The notes under the pieces are model-generated. The model was not told the origin of the DNA, made no database searches, and was given only the letters and a program-made list of their open reading frames with translations. A stretch of DNA of 64,000 nucleotides from Lobosporangium transversale (taxonomy: Eukaryota). Location: NCBI RefSeq assembly GCF_002105155.1, contig NW_019028994.1, positions 682,001 to 746,000 of the forward strand. Reading direction: 5' to 3'. The stretch's first letter is position 1; each line of letters starts with the position of its first letter. The translations under genes and the position numbers were made by a program. Positions 1 to 14,769 of this stretch are shown here, piece after piece.

Positions 1-2
1 AA

Positions 3-493
3 CATCACAAAGATAATGACATCGAGCACTCTATTCATGATCAAGATGATTACTTAGATGAGTCTGATCCATACAATCAGATATATCCACAAAGTACTAC
101 CATCCTGGAAGACGTTCTCGAAGACAATGTTGAAGAACAGGAACTGGGATCAGAACTACGACTGAAGCTGCAGGAACAGGAGCCGGCCCTTTGTCTCGAA
201 TACCCTTCAGAAACTGTTGCCCTTGAGCAAGTCATAGTTGAGCCAATCACACCACCATCAGACCAACGGGTAGTAACTGTCGACGACTTGCTGGATCAAG
301 TTGACGAGCATCTGAAACACAATGTGGCTCAACAACTCCATAGAATGGCCCATCCACCCCATCGTCGTCGTCTACATGTTCGTTCACTCCCTAGGCGTCA
401 ACTATGGGCAAAATTGGAGCTGAAACGTCGCGAAAAGAAAAACTGCAAGGCTTCAAAGAGCCAAGGTAATATACATTTACAAATTGTTACGGA

Positions 494-527
<34 letters not shown>

Positions 528-1283
528 GTATACTGTTTAATTAATAATGACTATATAACCTTCACTTTATTATTAGACATGAAATCCCCAAGGAGCCTAC
601 AGATAATCAAAAAGATCCAAATCAACGCAACATCAGAGAAGGAGGAAGAGGAGGACGCGAACAGCGATAGTGATTCGCTGGAGATGTTATCTGTTGGATC
701 CTCATCCTCTCAGAGTGATGTAGAATCAACCATGTTTGAGTTATTCAGGGCCATCGATGAGGCCATAGACGAGACTTCCGATACCTCTTTTAGTCTGTCT
801 TCAAGCGACGATGACGGTGAAGACCAAGAAGAGGACCAAGACTATGCACATGGCCATGGACACATAGAGTCGATGATGGATCCAGATGACGACAACGACA
901 ACGACTACGACTATGACTATGACTATGACTACGAGAGGATGGATCGTTCTTTTTGGTCATCTTCATCTTGTACACTTCATGATGCAGTACTACCTGAAAC
1001 AGAGCAAGCAGCGAAAATGACGGATCTCACAACGATAACAACAACAACAAGAGATGATGATGAACCTCTCCTTTCAAGAAAAAAAGGTGAACATCATTCT
1101 TTGGTTGTGGCCACGACTAACAACAACAATAGCAGTAACTCTCGAGGCATTGTGATCGGTACTCTCGAATCTATGTATCCAACGACCAGTACTCGGTGGT
1201 GTCGCCAGTCTGGACCATGCACCCTTGCTGTCATTGACTTTTGGTCCACAGAGCCCCACTTGAAAGAGCCGTTGGGTCTTTAA
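3..1283 (+). CDS. 3' part of an acidic, low-complexity hypothetical protein (starts before the window); intron 466-576
   Basis: Frame is open from position 3 to the stop at 1283. GT..AG intron 466-576 contains a poly-T tract. D/E/S-rich with no recognisable domain. Confidence 0.55.
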
Positions 1284-1856
1284 AAAAAAAAAAAAAAAAA
1301 AAAAAAGCAACAAAGTAATAAATTATACCTCCGTTTTTTTTTTTTTTTTTTTTTTTTTTTCTTTTTCTTTTACAAAGATTATATTAGCTTTCTGGACCTT
1401 TAATTCCCATCCCACGCTCTTCGGAACGCATCTACTGAGGCTTTTTTTATTTTTTTTTATTTTTTTTTATTTTTATTTCCTTTGATCAGTTGCAATGATA
1501 AATCTCGTATTCGCGACAGAAGAAAAAAAAAAAAAAAAAAGGAAAAGAAAAAAAGCTGATCGCGATCAGCTTGAAGATGGCATGTGGTTCTCACACGGCA
1601 ACGACATACATGCTTTGTTTCGTAAAATACCCATATTTTTTTTTTTTTTTTTTTTTTTCTTGCTTTTATTTTCTCTTTCTTTCGTTTCATTTCATCTTTT
1701 TCACATTGCACATAACTCGAACAATTAACTACAAGAACAACAGTAATAAAAAAAAAAAGGAAATATACATATAAAAATGTGTCATGGTGAGTTTACGGCG
1801 TCAATAAATAAAAAAAAAGTTCAGTAACTAGAGTAAAAGTAAAAGCATTGGACTAA

Positions 1857-2285
1857 ATGAGATCGATTGGAATCTTTCTGTGGGTTATAAAACACACACA
1901 AGCTACTCCCAAACAAATTTACTGCCGTCGAAACGGTTGCAGCTTGCCCATCAATGTAGATCTGGTTAGGAATACCCGTCATGGCTATTGCTCAATCGGC
2001 TGTGCTCGTGCCTGTGGTGAGAACCCACGCGTTGTCCCCCTTTCCGCTCTCGCTCCTGCTCCTGCTTCTACCTCTGCTTCTGTTTCTGCTTCTGTTTTTG
2101 CTTATGCTCCTACCTCTGTTCCTGCTCCTTCTCCCGCTCGCACCGGCTTCGAAATGGACCTGAAAAATCGTCTGGCTCAAGAGTCAAAGCCTCTCCCTCC
2201 TCTCCCCAGATCCGCTGCAGAGCGTCAATACCTGACCCCACCTGACACTGAAATGTCTTCTCCTGTTGATTCTGACATCAACTAG
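1857..2285 (+). CDS. possible small Pro/Ala/Ser-rich hypothetical protein or terminal exon
   Basis: 142-aa ORF whose C-terminal half looks coding (KPLPPLP, YLTPPDTEMSSP); the start is unsupported. Confidence 0.3.
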   Translation: MRSIGIFLWVIKHTQATPKQIYCRRNGCSLPINVDLVRNTRHGYCSIGCARACGENPRVVPLSALAPAPASTSASVSASVFAYAPTSVPAPSPARTGFEMDLKNRLAQESKPLPPLPRSAAERQYLTPPDTEMSSPVDSDIN

Positions 2286-2729
2286 ACAGTCTTTGGGATC
2301 ATTAAATTGACTGCTTTCTCTTTCAAGTCGAGAAACATTTACTTTTTTTTTTTTTTTTTGTTATTGTTTTGTCAAGATTAAGACTCGTAGTATGCAGACA
2401 CATCTTGTCATGTAATTCATAGTGGCAAAACATATTGATCCACTGAATAAAAAAAAACAATAATCATAATAAAAAAAAGATATAATATAGTGTATATTGA
2501 TGATATGATAGATGTCTACGTTCTGAAGTATTAGAAAAGGTATATTAACACTTCTGAGTTAGGTTTAGTATATAATGGCATTCTTTTTTTTTTTTTTTTT
2601 TTTTTTTTTTTCTATACAAAATACAGTAATGCGTGATATGATATTTTCTTGTTCCAGCGACCGAAAGAAGAAATCCGTTGCTCTCTCATTTCACTGCCTC
2701 TTGGACCAAAAAAAGAAAAAAAGGAGTCC

Positions 2730-5014
2730 TTAAAAGTTCTCTGTAATAATCAAAATATTAAAGTAAGACAAGCATTAATAAATGAATATTATGAACATTT
2801 GTAAACATTGGGACAAGATGAATCAGAAAGGGGCTAGGCTTCTCTCTTTTTTTTTTTTTTTACCTTTGTGCCAGAAAAAGGATGTTCCTGAACCGCTGAA
2901 TTTAGTACAGCAGGCATGCAACTGTTTACCCATCCTCTTGGGTCCGCAGAAAAAGACACCAATATCTGTGTCTGGATGGCTATTGCGGATGCGATCGAAT
3001 TCCATGTCGAGGTTGGGGCGTCCAAATCGCGTCCTTGCTCTCAGTCCTGTCACTGTATCTGCGAATGCACTATCCTCGTTGATCATCAAATTACCGACTT
3101 CAGAGTGGCGCAGACGACCGGTCAAGAACGTGTGAATTTCAATGAACTGGTTCAAATCCTGGGACTCGAGCGCCAACAGCAATGACTGGAACCATTCGAA
3201 CGACTCCTTGTCACGACAAATCCAGAAAAAGTAGACTTTATGCAGCTTTGTCGGTTTGGTCGGATAGTTAACTCTGTACCAGATACTCTTGAGGACACTG
3301 GCAAAAGGCGTGACACCAATACCTGCGCCCACAAGCACAGTCACCTCATATTTGAACACATCTTCTGAAGCTGCTCCGAAGGGTCCATCAATCATAATCC
3401 TTGGCAAGACTGTCACCAATCCATTACGGTCACCCAGATTCTCCTCCCACTCGCCAACACCCTCAGCATCACATCCAAGTTTCTTGCTCAGCTCCTTTGT
3501 AAAGTCTCCGACCACACGCATATGTACACTAATATAATCCTCTTCGGGCGCGCTGGTGAGTGTGAAAGGATGCCATTGCCATAATGAAACTTCGGGACAG
3601 CACAAAAAGATATATTGGCCAGCCAGAGCATGACAGTCCTCTTTTTTGATTTGGATCTCTACGACCTTGGAGGGATGGAGGATGACACGAGAAATGACGG
3701 TCTTTTGCTGAGCTCGATACTCGCGTGCAATACGTTCGAGTAAATAGACGAATCCACTGGCAACCCAGTACTTCCAGAAGCTCGAGATATCCTTGCAGTA
3801 GGGTGGGCGGTCTGGGGTGAGGAGACAGAATGCACCGTGGAAGGAGAAGAAGAAGAAAAAGACGAGGAAGAGATGGTGCCAGTACCAAAAGACCTCGAAT
3901 TTCTTCATGCGGACACTAGGCAGGGCCGTGACGACGATGACGAGCAAGACAATGAGCATGATATGACCAGTGAGTCCTGGTCCAGATACAAACATGAGAT
4001 GCCAAAAGTTATACTTTGAAGGATCCGCTTGAGAAAGCTTGTAGTAGTTGACATAATGAGCAATGGTGTGGACGAGACTGAAGATGACGATACTCCAAGC
4101 GATGGCCTTGTGGAAAGTAACGGCCTTGTCGAAGGGCACGATTCTGTTGAGAGGTGTGGATCGAAGCCAGGAGATAAGGGTCCTGCAGACTGGGAGCAGA
4201 ATAACACCCGAGTCAACATGAAGAACCAAGGCTGCGCCACGGGCAATAGGAAGAGTAATGCCAACAATTGCACGAGCTTTTTCAAAGTTGTCCGAGTAAA
4301 AATAGTTGAAGAAGGCGAGGCCGAACAATCCAATGTGTACCAAGATCCAAACACCGAAAAAGATGACACGATTTCCTGGATTGATTTAATATACAAAAAA
4401 AAAAAAAAAAAAAAAAAAAGTTAAAGAAGAGGTTTTTTTGGAGCAGGTGCCCAGACCAGAAATGAAAACAATGTTATTATTGTTGCTTTCACAGCCTCAA
4501 ACATGAACTTTCTCCGTTCAGTTTTTTTTTTTTTTTTTTTTTTTTTTTACCGACTCAAATAAATCAAAGATGGAAATAAACTTTGTACTGCCGGAAAATA
4601 AAGAAATACAATCCTGACATGAACTTTTTTTTTACCTTCATTGATCATCCAGATGCTAATCTTTTGATGCCATGAGAATTCTTTTTCTGCAAACTTGTTA
4701 TCGTTGCTCGGAGGGAGGGGTCGGAGATGGTCTAGTTCACCTCTTGGAAGACCTGGAGCGGGTCTGCCTAGGTCGCTGTCGTCGTTGAGGCTGCTGAAAG
4801 GAGGCTTACCACCCATTTCCTGAAGACGAAAGTAAGTTGGAGAAGGTGGAGGAATAAGAGAAGAGTAAGTGGTAACAGGACGCTGTTTGGCAATATGGGC
4901 TTGATGGTCAGCAGAGTTTCGTCTGTTGGCAAGGGTATTGGCTTGGGTCTGGTCATAATTAGAGGAAGAGTTGCCAGTGGGCTGCACTCCTGTGCGGTTG
5001 CGTTGTGAAGCCAT
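2730..5014 (-). CDS. NADPH oxidase, gp91phox-like (NoxA/NoxB family); exons 5014-4636, 4375-2864, 2740-2730
   Basis: WMINEG, heme-binding His motifs (FHKAIAW, HTIAH, HHLF), HPFTLTSAP, DGPFG, VGAGIGVTPFASVL, GVFFCGP. Splicing restores the canonical C-terminus HKENF*. Confidence 0.95.
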
Positions 5015-6765
5015 AATACTTTGTCTATGTGAAAAACAAAAACAAAAAAAAGGCCGATGAAGGAGGACTGCCTACAGGAGTCGTCTCTTTCTCAGGGGAA
5101 AGGATGGAATGGAAGGGGATAGGAAGTGATAAAGAGGGGGAGAAAGAACGAAGAAGAGAACTGAAGGTGTGGAGGCAAACAGCCCGAAAAAAGACTGAGT
5201 ACAAACTCGATGTGAGACAAGGAGAAGAGACTCAGAAAGGGGGAAAGGAAGGCTTATTAAAGATTTCAGGAGAGAAGTATAATAAGAAAGAGAGCTTGAA
5301 ATATGACCCGATGGAGTCAATGTGGAGTTGAAGAGATAACCAAGATGATGGAAAAGATGATTGACAATCAGATGATGGATGATGTAGGAAAAAGAGAATT
5401 AGAAAGAAGTCTGCATTGTGTATGTGAGATGAGTGGTGTCGAGGAAATAGACTAAGTCAAATAAGTAAAACATTTGTATAAATGCAAATGGCACACATAT
5501 AACACACATATAAATATTATTATATATATATAAATGTGTATATTTATAAATGATCGCTAAAAATGTATTGTTGTAAACTGGTATGTTTACCCGAGGCACT
5601 ATTTTGGAACTAGCTTTTTTAATGTGCATCCCACTGAAGACTATCTATATCACTTACCGATGTCTGAATGCACCTTTATTTGTATATCCAGTGTCCATGC
5701 GATTGCAATTGCGATTGCCATGCATCTTCTCCATCTTGCTTGCAGCACTGCATGATTATATATGCCCACAACATCCCCCCCCCCCCCACATCACTGTCAA
5801 AGATCATAAAGACAACACCGAACGGTAGATCAAAATCAAATGTCACAACTACGGACAAAACAACTGCTAAAAGAAATAGCTCTTATTCCTATAATTTCTA
5901 TGCTCTAGTAATACTTCATGGATTGCCTAATCAAAACTAAACAAACGAACCTCCTGACAAGACTAGCCCTTGTTTTTGTTTTTTGCCTATGGCTGCATGG
6001 ACAGGATCGATTTTTTGTTACTGCCGTCGATAATCTATCAACCCCTCCATCAACCCATCAACCTCATGATGATGCAGACAAAACACATTTGTGAATTCAG
6101 TGAAAGATGTTGAGCTAAAATTACAGATACTCAAGGACGCAATCAACCTTCTTTGATGGCGACAACGACTACAAGTGGTAGTTAGTTGGTGGTATACACT
6201 TTATTCCCACTCCTATTCTTATCAAGAGATAAGTGAAGTGTTAACATCTTGACAAAGTAGATAATCCCATAGGCTCAACCAAAGGCTGTTTCTCGTAATT
6301 CAAGTATGAAACCATGAAACCCTGACTCTACCCCTTTCTCTGCCCATTCTACCTTCTCTTGGACTTTTATGACATGTCGTACAAGAAGGAATAAAGAGCA
6401 TTGGAGGTTTCAATTTTGATCTCTGGAGCCAAAAAGCTCAGTCAGGTCTCATTGCATTTTAATTGTTAATAGATCTAACATTAAAATGAAGGGCGATCTT
6501 AAAAGATAATCGTGCCCATTCCCGTTTCTCTGGTTACACATCATTTGTGGACGAATAAATATACATCTCAATCGTCTCCATCATTCTTAGCCATGAGACG
6601 CAGTGAGCAAGCAATTGGCTCCTGAATGATTTTTTTCTTTTTCTTTTTCTTTTTAAATTGATTTCTGTCATCAAGCAACGAGATGCTTGGTTTTACCCAG
6701 TTCATTGATGCAAAGTTCTTTTAGCTTGTTTTCTCATTAACATCACCTTCTTTTTCTCTTAAAAG

Positions 6766-6797
<32 letters not shown>

Positions 6798-7787
6798 CTA
6801 ATCCTTTTAGTAATAGTCTCAACCACTCCTTCTTTTTTTTTTTAGGGGTAATCTAATGAGCTATTGAAGATGGCCGCATCTGATAAATCGGGATATCGCA
6901 TTTTTATTTTTTCTTGTTTTTTCCTTTGGTAAGACTCTCGAGCCTATTTTCTTTAAACTTTGATCGGTGGACTGTAGGACAGGGGTATTGAAAATAAAAA
7001 ATGACACTTTCTGCATCAGAACTACCCTGAGCACTGGCCTAATGTATAACCTTCTAGACGTTCACAATGCATTCGATCGCGATTTAGAGACAACTTGCTT
7101 ACACTCTTTCCCGCACTGACCTGTATACATGCATGCAAACTGACTATGTAAAAGGAGTCAAGACCAAAAGAATACTGGAACAGGAGGAAGGGATGCCATT
7201 TGTTGACACTGTCGTTTGTAATAACTCAATTACTGTTGTTGGTGTTGATGAATGACGATGAGAAATGGAGAGGAGGGAGAAGCACAAGCAAGCACGTAAA
7301 AAGAGCCAAAACCGACAAAAACTAGATCCCTATCCCCCATGGGAAAAAGGAGATCCTCCTTCGAATGTTTGCGTTCACCCCTGTGTGTGAGGATCGGTGC
7401 AACAGTGTACAAACAAAAGTAAAAGGGACCGTTGTACTTGTCTTGTCTCTTTTTATTTATTTATTCAACTCTCATTCTCATCCCCATTCTCATTCTCTTT
7501 TCATTCATTTTCACATTCTTGCATTCGTTTGTATGTCAAGAGGAAATTGTCTACAGTTCCGTTGTGTCATATCCCACAATCCACCTCCTTTTTTTTACTT
7601 TCCCCCCTCTCCTCTTCCCCTTCCCCTCCCCCTTCCCCTTCCCCTTCCCCCTTCTCCACCAATCTAATCGGCACTATACCTCATAATTGAACTCTGCAGC
7701 AATACTGCACCCTATACCATGAGTTAGGAAACAGCATTTCACTGTGCGTAAAAAAAAAAAAAAAAAAAAAAAAAGAGAGAAAGAAAG

Positions 7788-7821
<34 letters not shown>

Positions 7822-8035
7822 CGCGTCCGAGACTCGCCTACCTACACACAACATAGAAACTATAGTTTTGTTTATTTCATACCCCGCTCTCAGGTGACTA
7901 AAAAGAGGGCTAAAAGACAAACTTGTCCAACGCGTACGACGTTGTGGAGTGCTCTTTGGACCTTTTGACAAGATAAATAACCTGCAACAACAATAACAAT
8001 AACAAAGCAAAAAAAAAAAAAAAAGGCCATTCATT

Positions 8036-8842
8036 ATGCTTGCCGCGACATCTCCTACTGTCACGCCCAATGATGATTCATCTTGTAGTGCTCCTCACAC
8101 CTGTCACCAGTCGCTAACCCTAAAACCAATGACAAAGGAGTCAATCTTGATTCCACATTTTCAACATGTCAGCCATACCCCACTCCATGGGATCAATGAC
8201 AGTAGCATCAATAGAAGCCCTCCAATACATGTAGGCCAAACCATGCCTAGGAGCTTGTCTACCTCTGCTATTTGTACTAGTGAAAAGAAGTGGGCCATCA
8301 TCCCGCGTGCTCTCACATCTACCGATCTAGTGTATCTCTCAATGTCAATGATGGCCTCTAACTCTGCACGGAAGCTTGATCGACCAACAGATTTACGATC
8401 GTCTACAGCATGTACGTCTCGAACTGACCAACAACACCAGGAATTGCATTTTCCAATGTCGGTTGTACAAGAACAAACAACAGAAATAGACGTTCATAGA
8501 CCTAATCTTAATCCTACAAGAACAGATACACTGATGCTGAAGATGATGCCGTAAGTTAAAAAAAGTGAAAACGCTCGTAAGCTTGCCTTCCCTGCCAGAA
8601 GAGTTCGCTTTCTTCCATTTCAGAGGGTTCATGTGGTTTATTTTTGTCATTACTATTATCATTGTTCACGTCATCTCTTTTTTTTTTTTTTTTATTTGAT
8701 GGAGGGAACTGAGTTTACTAACAATGTGAGCAATATCCAAATACGCAGAGTAGTAGAAATTAGGAGAGTAGGAGAGAAGAAAGTCTGGGCCTCCAATAGC
8801 TATTTGGATAGCAGGGTTGTGGACGAGTGAGAGTGGTGTACT

Positions 8843-8876
<34 letters not shown>

Positions 8877-11398
8877 AAAGAAAGCGGATCTCCAGTCTCC
8901 AGAAATGAAAAAAAGGGACCAGTTGTGGATTATGGGTCATGGAGAGTAAAGACATTTCAAATCCGTTGGACCCTTAGAATTTTGTCTGCATTTGCTCATT
9001 CAGCCGGGCTTTTTTTTCCCTTAACCTTTACTCCTCCTCTTTTTCTTATTCTCCAACTTTTTTTTTTTTATTTTGCAGATTCGTGTCACATTTTTTTTTT
9101 TTCTTCCTCCTTTTCCATCCCACTGGCTTTCTTTTGGCGCACAAACCTCCCTCTTTTCTCCAAATCCCTGCATTTGGCTTTTGTAAAGTATAAAAGCGCT
9201 ATCACCAGTTCTCACTTTCCCGACATACTGGGTCTTCTGCTTGTTTGGGGCATTAAAGATTGCAGATGACCACCCAGTTGCTCATGTCTATACTATTAAA
9301 TAATAAATGCAAATAGACAACCAAACTCCTTTAATCGACCCGCAGCATCAGTGTCAGTAGAGCACAAGCGCCAGTCACCTGAACCTGTGGCTTTCCCTGC
9401 TATCTCAACCAACGAGTGCCAAGAAGAAGATAGCATGGGTGGCCAGATCATCAGTAAAGGCAACACTACTCATACGCGGGATAACACTTTTTTCCGTTAC
9501 AACGGGAATGTTGAAGCACATAGTATGGTGACACAGAGCGAACTTGGACAGGAGATTTCCTCCCACCTAGACACATCTTTGCCCATGAATTCCCCGACCA
9601 TAAATGAGCCACACTCTACGACAACTTGCCAAGGAAACAACATCAATGCCGAGCAAGCCGGAAGCACCAGCGATAATAGTAGTTACAGTACCAATAATGA
9701 TACCGACCAGAACGCTTCATCGTCATCTTCAATGAGAATTGTCAACCAGACTTCTCCATGGGTTCTTCCTCCCATTCCTTCCTTCTCAGAGCTCAACTTG
9801 CGCTTCGACAAAAGTCGTACAAGCACTCCTTATCCCAACGCTTTTAGTAACTCTAGTAGTAACAGCGTCACGGAGCAGGTTCCCAGCCAAAAAGCGCATA
9901 GTGATCAGTCGGACAGAATCAGTATCGTCAGCATCTCAATGCCAATACCACAGTATCAACGGATTGACATGGATAGGCCAGGATTCCATACGGAAACGCT
10001 ACTTTCCCCTGCACCAGGCATCGATGGTCGTTCAGAGACATTTTCAGCGAGTCCTACATCTATCCTTGCTCCCTCAATCTTTGATGATATTCAATCAGAC
10101 GACAATGAATCATACATCATGTGGAGTGCTTCATCACCGCTGCCTATACACAAACCTTCCACTTCAGTGACAGTGAGTGCGCCGCCATCGGTAGGAGGGA
10201 CTCCTACTATAGAGGCGGCTGTAACCGCTCCAATAACAGGGGGGCCTCGGAGTGAATATCCATCAACTATGAAAAAGCCAGTCCATTCATTATCACCTAT
10301 GACAGCAAGCTCTAGCCCTATGGGAAAGCCTAGCAGTCCAACTATAACGGTATCACCTATATCACACCCCCCACATACCATCTCTATAGCGCGGCCAAAT
10401 GATTCGTTATCACTTTCATCAACACAGAAAGGACGCACAGAAGCTGGACGGTGGTCCTCTGGAGAGCTGTCTAAGGGCGATATAAAGTTGGCTCAAGGTA
10501 GAGATAATCCTGAGTCGCATTGCGACCCTATAGAGCAGTCCTTGGAGGACAACAATAATATTCGCTCAGTTGAAGATGTTGCTCGGTTTGCAGGTTCATC
10601 AATACAAAAGAAACAGCTGTCGTATCCCCCCAGACTCCAGCTAAAGCGCAATAATACCCTGGAAGCGACAGCTACAAATATAAGGAGGAGCATTAGCGAA
10701 GGGCCACCACCACCGGCATTGAAAAAGTCGACTAGCAATACAGCATCCCCGTTAAACCAAAGTGAAGCTGAAGGGGATCGTATTATCATGGCTGCCACTG
10801 TAGAAAAGTTGGTGGAGAAGTTAACAAGTGAAATTGGTAAGAACCTTAGTGAAAGCTTTTTGATTTTCGAATTATCAGTTGGTCTCTAAATTTTTTTTTT
10901 CCTTCTTCTGAACTTCCCTTCCTTCCGGGTATATATGGGCGATAGATTATACATTTTTGACAGACTTCTTCCTGATCTACCGATTGTTCATAACACCAAT
11001 GGCCCTATTGAATTTGATCATCCTTCGGTTTCAATGGGCTCTCGCTGACAACTCTCCTCATCGGCAGATTGTCCGCATCCGAACATTTGTCACTCTCCGC
11101 CATTGGCTTCTCAATTACTTTGGATATGACTTTATGCGATCCAGGGAATTGCGCAAAACCCTTGAGCTACATTTGAGTTCGTTGAGTCAACATCCGCTTG
11201 TGCTCCAAAGCACGCGCGACCAGCGTATCATTAAGGAATTGTGCCAATATTCTCAGAGTCTAAAGAAGATTTACTATAGGAAGGTGGCTCAAAAAAGGCT
11301 CGAAAGACTTAATCGTAGAAATGACGAGCGTCAACAACGTCGCCCGCAGGTCAGGCGGATGTCATCGCCAGGTATGTGAACCAACGCAGCTCTGATGG

Positions 11399-11429
<31 letters not shown>

Positions 11430-14400
11430 GACAAGAAACACACCTTATTTCATTTGTGATCTTACTTTCAAAAAAATCCATTTGAATGATTATTATTTTT
11501 AGAAACGTCTACAGAGTGGTCTGATTACGAGGATAGCCAACAACACTCGTTCAGGTCACCAAGCGGGGCGGCATATGCTACAGCAGACAGAAGGAACACC
11601 ACATCAGATTGTTTTACAGAAGAATTGGAGGTAGAGTTTCGATCCAGTGATCAGTCCAACGACGATGACACTGATGAAGTTGACTCTGAATTAGAGGACT
11701 CTGATGATGACTATGAGCTGTCTTCAGAAGGTAGTATAGATGATAACAAAGACAGGTCTGACTTGTCATCAGAGCAAGAAGGCTGTTGTGATAATTTCCA
11801 TAGCAACGAGCCTCGCATGCAAGTAGACAGGCAAAAAGAGTTTATATCCGAGTCTGATTTTGAGTCCGAGGTTCTAAACACCCGTCGAGGCCCAACTCGC
11901 TCTGCTGTTGTTGCCACCTCAATAAAAAAGCAAGATGGAATTGATAATGGCTCTAACGTAGAGGTGATCCCACATTCACCTCAGTCCCCCAGGTCGCATG
12001 GGCAGGCACAGGGACACCAGAATGAATCAGATTTTATCCAATCTCGCCAACAGCCTGTCGATACTTTCAGTCCAACGTCACCGAGACATCGTGTCAGCAT
12101 CCGGAGGACACGGCCTGCGCTTCCAGATTTTGACTCATTGGAGGAAGCTACCCATTCAGTAATGCTAGACTCCCCTAGCCCCAGTCACCACCGTAGCAAG
12201 AGCACCTCTCGATTTAATCGTAGTAAGGCCCAGGTTACTCCAGCGTTACTTCCTACTATGCCGGCAGGGCCTTTGCTTCCGACACGGAGCTCTATACGAC
12301 CGGTTGAGCCCTACATAAACCCGCCCCCACGAGCTGCTTCATCAACAGAGAAGAAGAAGCCATGGTCCCGATACATGGCTGCCACTGTTGGCCATCTATC
12401 AAAGATGAAAAACGCATTTTCATCCAATACTAAAAAAAGCCATCGGCGTCCGCATTCATCTTCTGTTATCTCTGGAGCCCCTAGTAGCCGGACAACTTCT
12501 GTCGACCGGCCTGGACAGCATCGGCAAGGCGGCCGTTCAGGTTTAGAGGGTGAGAGGTTTTCGCATTTCCTCCTGGGGTCCTGCACGGGAAGAAACACGG
12601 TTTTTTCGCCGGAAGATTGCCGCCTTTCCAGCAATCGTCGCCTCGGTTTAGAAAGGAGCCGGCAGCGTGAAGAATCTGGAAGTAACTGCTCAAGTGGTGA
12701 TGACTATCCTCAATATATAATGACACAAAGAAATAGCCGTCAGCTACCATTACGGGAGAATCACCATATAGAGCAACAAGACATGTTGGGTTCACAGCTG
12801 TCGGATAGAAGGTTAGAACAAGCACAGCATCCACCCAATGTGGGGCTTGCGCCAGTCTCATCTAGTGGACCCCAAAATAGGGGTCCTGTAGTCTGCAAGG
12901 ATGTGATAGTCGATTTTGAGGGTCGTAAGGAGAGTCCTGTCTGTAATGAGATTGAATGTGAGCGAGTATATTCTGGGCCATCGTACCCACCCCATACAAT
13001 CGACTCTGTGGCTTCAGGGGATAATGCTTCCGCTGCTCCTATGGGCACTGCTACTCCTGTTACCACCAATGCTTCAGAAGCGAGTCCAAGCTCCACAGGC
13101 AGGGGAGGCACCTGGAATGTTGTACCTCCTGCCGAAATGATTCAGGGCTTACAGCAGCGGAGCCCATCGCAACGAGCATCTTGGGTAGGATTCCCTCCGG
13201 AGTCCACCTCACACAGCCAAGATGTTACCTTGGTGAAAACGGGAAAAGTTGAGATCAAACAAGAAGAATGCTTCTTACCAAAGAGGGCTCAGAGTTATGG
13301 CCCAAGCTCCGCGGTGGAAGGTATGTCCACATTTGTTGATGACCTGCAGCTCCATCGTCGAAATAGTTGCCAACAACATCAACCGTCCACTCAAGGTCAA
13401 GGGAAAGTCCTATTTAATCGGACTCAACGACGGCATTCTTCAGATATGCTAGGTACTGACGATCAGTCTAAAAGACAGGTGTCGACAAGGCATATGAAGA
13501 TATGTTTTATTTTGTACATCTTCTAATTCCATTCCTATACCTTCACCCGTGTAAACAACACAGGAAGCATTTCTAAGCTGAGCCATGTCCAAGCTGACCC
13601 GAATGTGCAGCAATCCTCTGGTCTCCGGCGCGGATCTCTACCTTTGGTACCCACTTTTTCAATCTGGAAGAGCCATTCCCGTCCCCAGTCTCATTCACTT
13701 AATCGGATTTCTGGCTTGGACATGACTATATCCGGCACCAGTCATCCGCCACAGATAGAGCCTACTCTCAACTCGCGTATAGAAGACTCTGGTAATATGT
13801 CTGTCACCGCTGGACAAGCTCAAGCACCCTCCAATACCATGGCTGACTCTTTGGCTAACAGAGCCGATCCTTGCCAATCGGAGAACCATCGAGCTGACCA
13901 AGCTATGTATTCCGATCAACAGGATTTTCATCATGATTCGGCCTCGTTTCATCCACTTGAATCTACATCGTTTTCAACGAAGAGGTCCCTTTCATTACCC
14001 TTAGTTCTCCGATATAGATCGGAATTAATTGCTCAGCAACTCTGCCTGATCGAGCGAGAGTTGTTGAGCCAGATTCAGTGGTATGAACTTGTTGATGCAG
14101 GCTGGACAAAAAAAGTCAATGCAACCACACATAGTGCGAACCAAAAGGAAAAAACGGGGAAAGGAACTCTCAATAAGAGACAGTATCAAGGGTCAGAGGG
14201 CGCAGCTGCGGGGGTCTATCCAGACGAACAAAATCCTGGTATCGTGCCATTGGATCATCCTGTTGAGGCTACATCCACATATGTATCTAGGTCTACTGCA
14301 GGCAAGAGGCCAAAAAATGCTTTGAAGGACACTAAGCGACGGCTTGTGAAGCGCGAGGAAAGTCGTGGTATCAGAAGGCTTGTAGAGCGGTTCAACTTGG

Positions 14401-14504
14401 TAAGTAGAATTATCTATTTATTTATTTTATTATTTTATTTTATTTTATTTTATTTTTTTGCTTGTTGGTGTTGCTGTTGTTGAACGCTTTATTTTTATTT
14501 TTAT

Positions 14505-14540
<36 letters not shown>

Positions 14541-14737
14541 GATTACATGAACAGACATGCCAATGGGTAACATATGAGATCGTTCGAACACGAAATTTGA
14601 GTATGAGAGTCAAGGTTGTGGAAAAGTTCATTAGGATAGCCCACGTAAGTCTATGGAAATACCAAATCCTTCTTTTGTGTTGAATCATGCACAAGAACGC
14701 GCGCAGCTCAACCATGTATATTTCCTCTGATCTCAAA

Positions 14738-14769
<32 letters not shown>

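Noticed and set aside
2782..4424. Overlapping antisense and alternative-frame ORFs on the NADPH oxidase
   Set aside because: Shadow ORFs of a conserved coding strand with no motifs.
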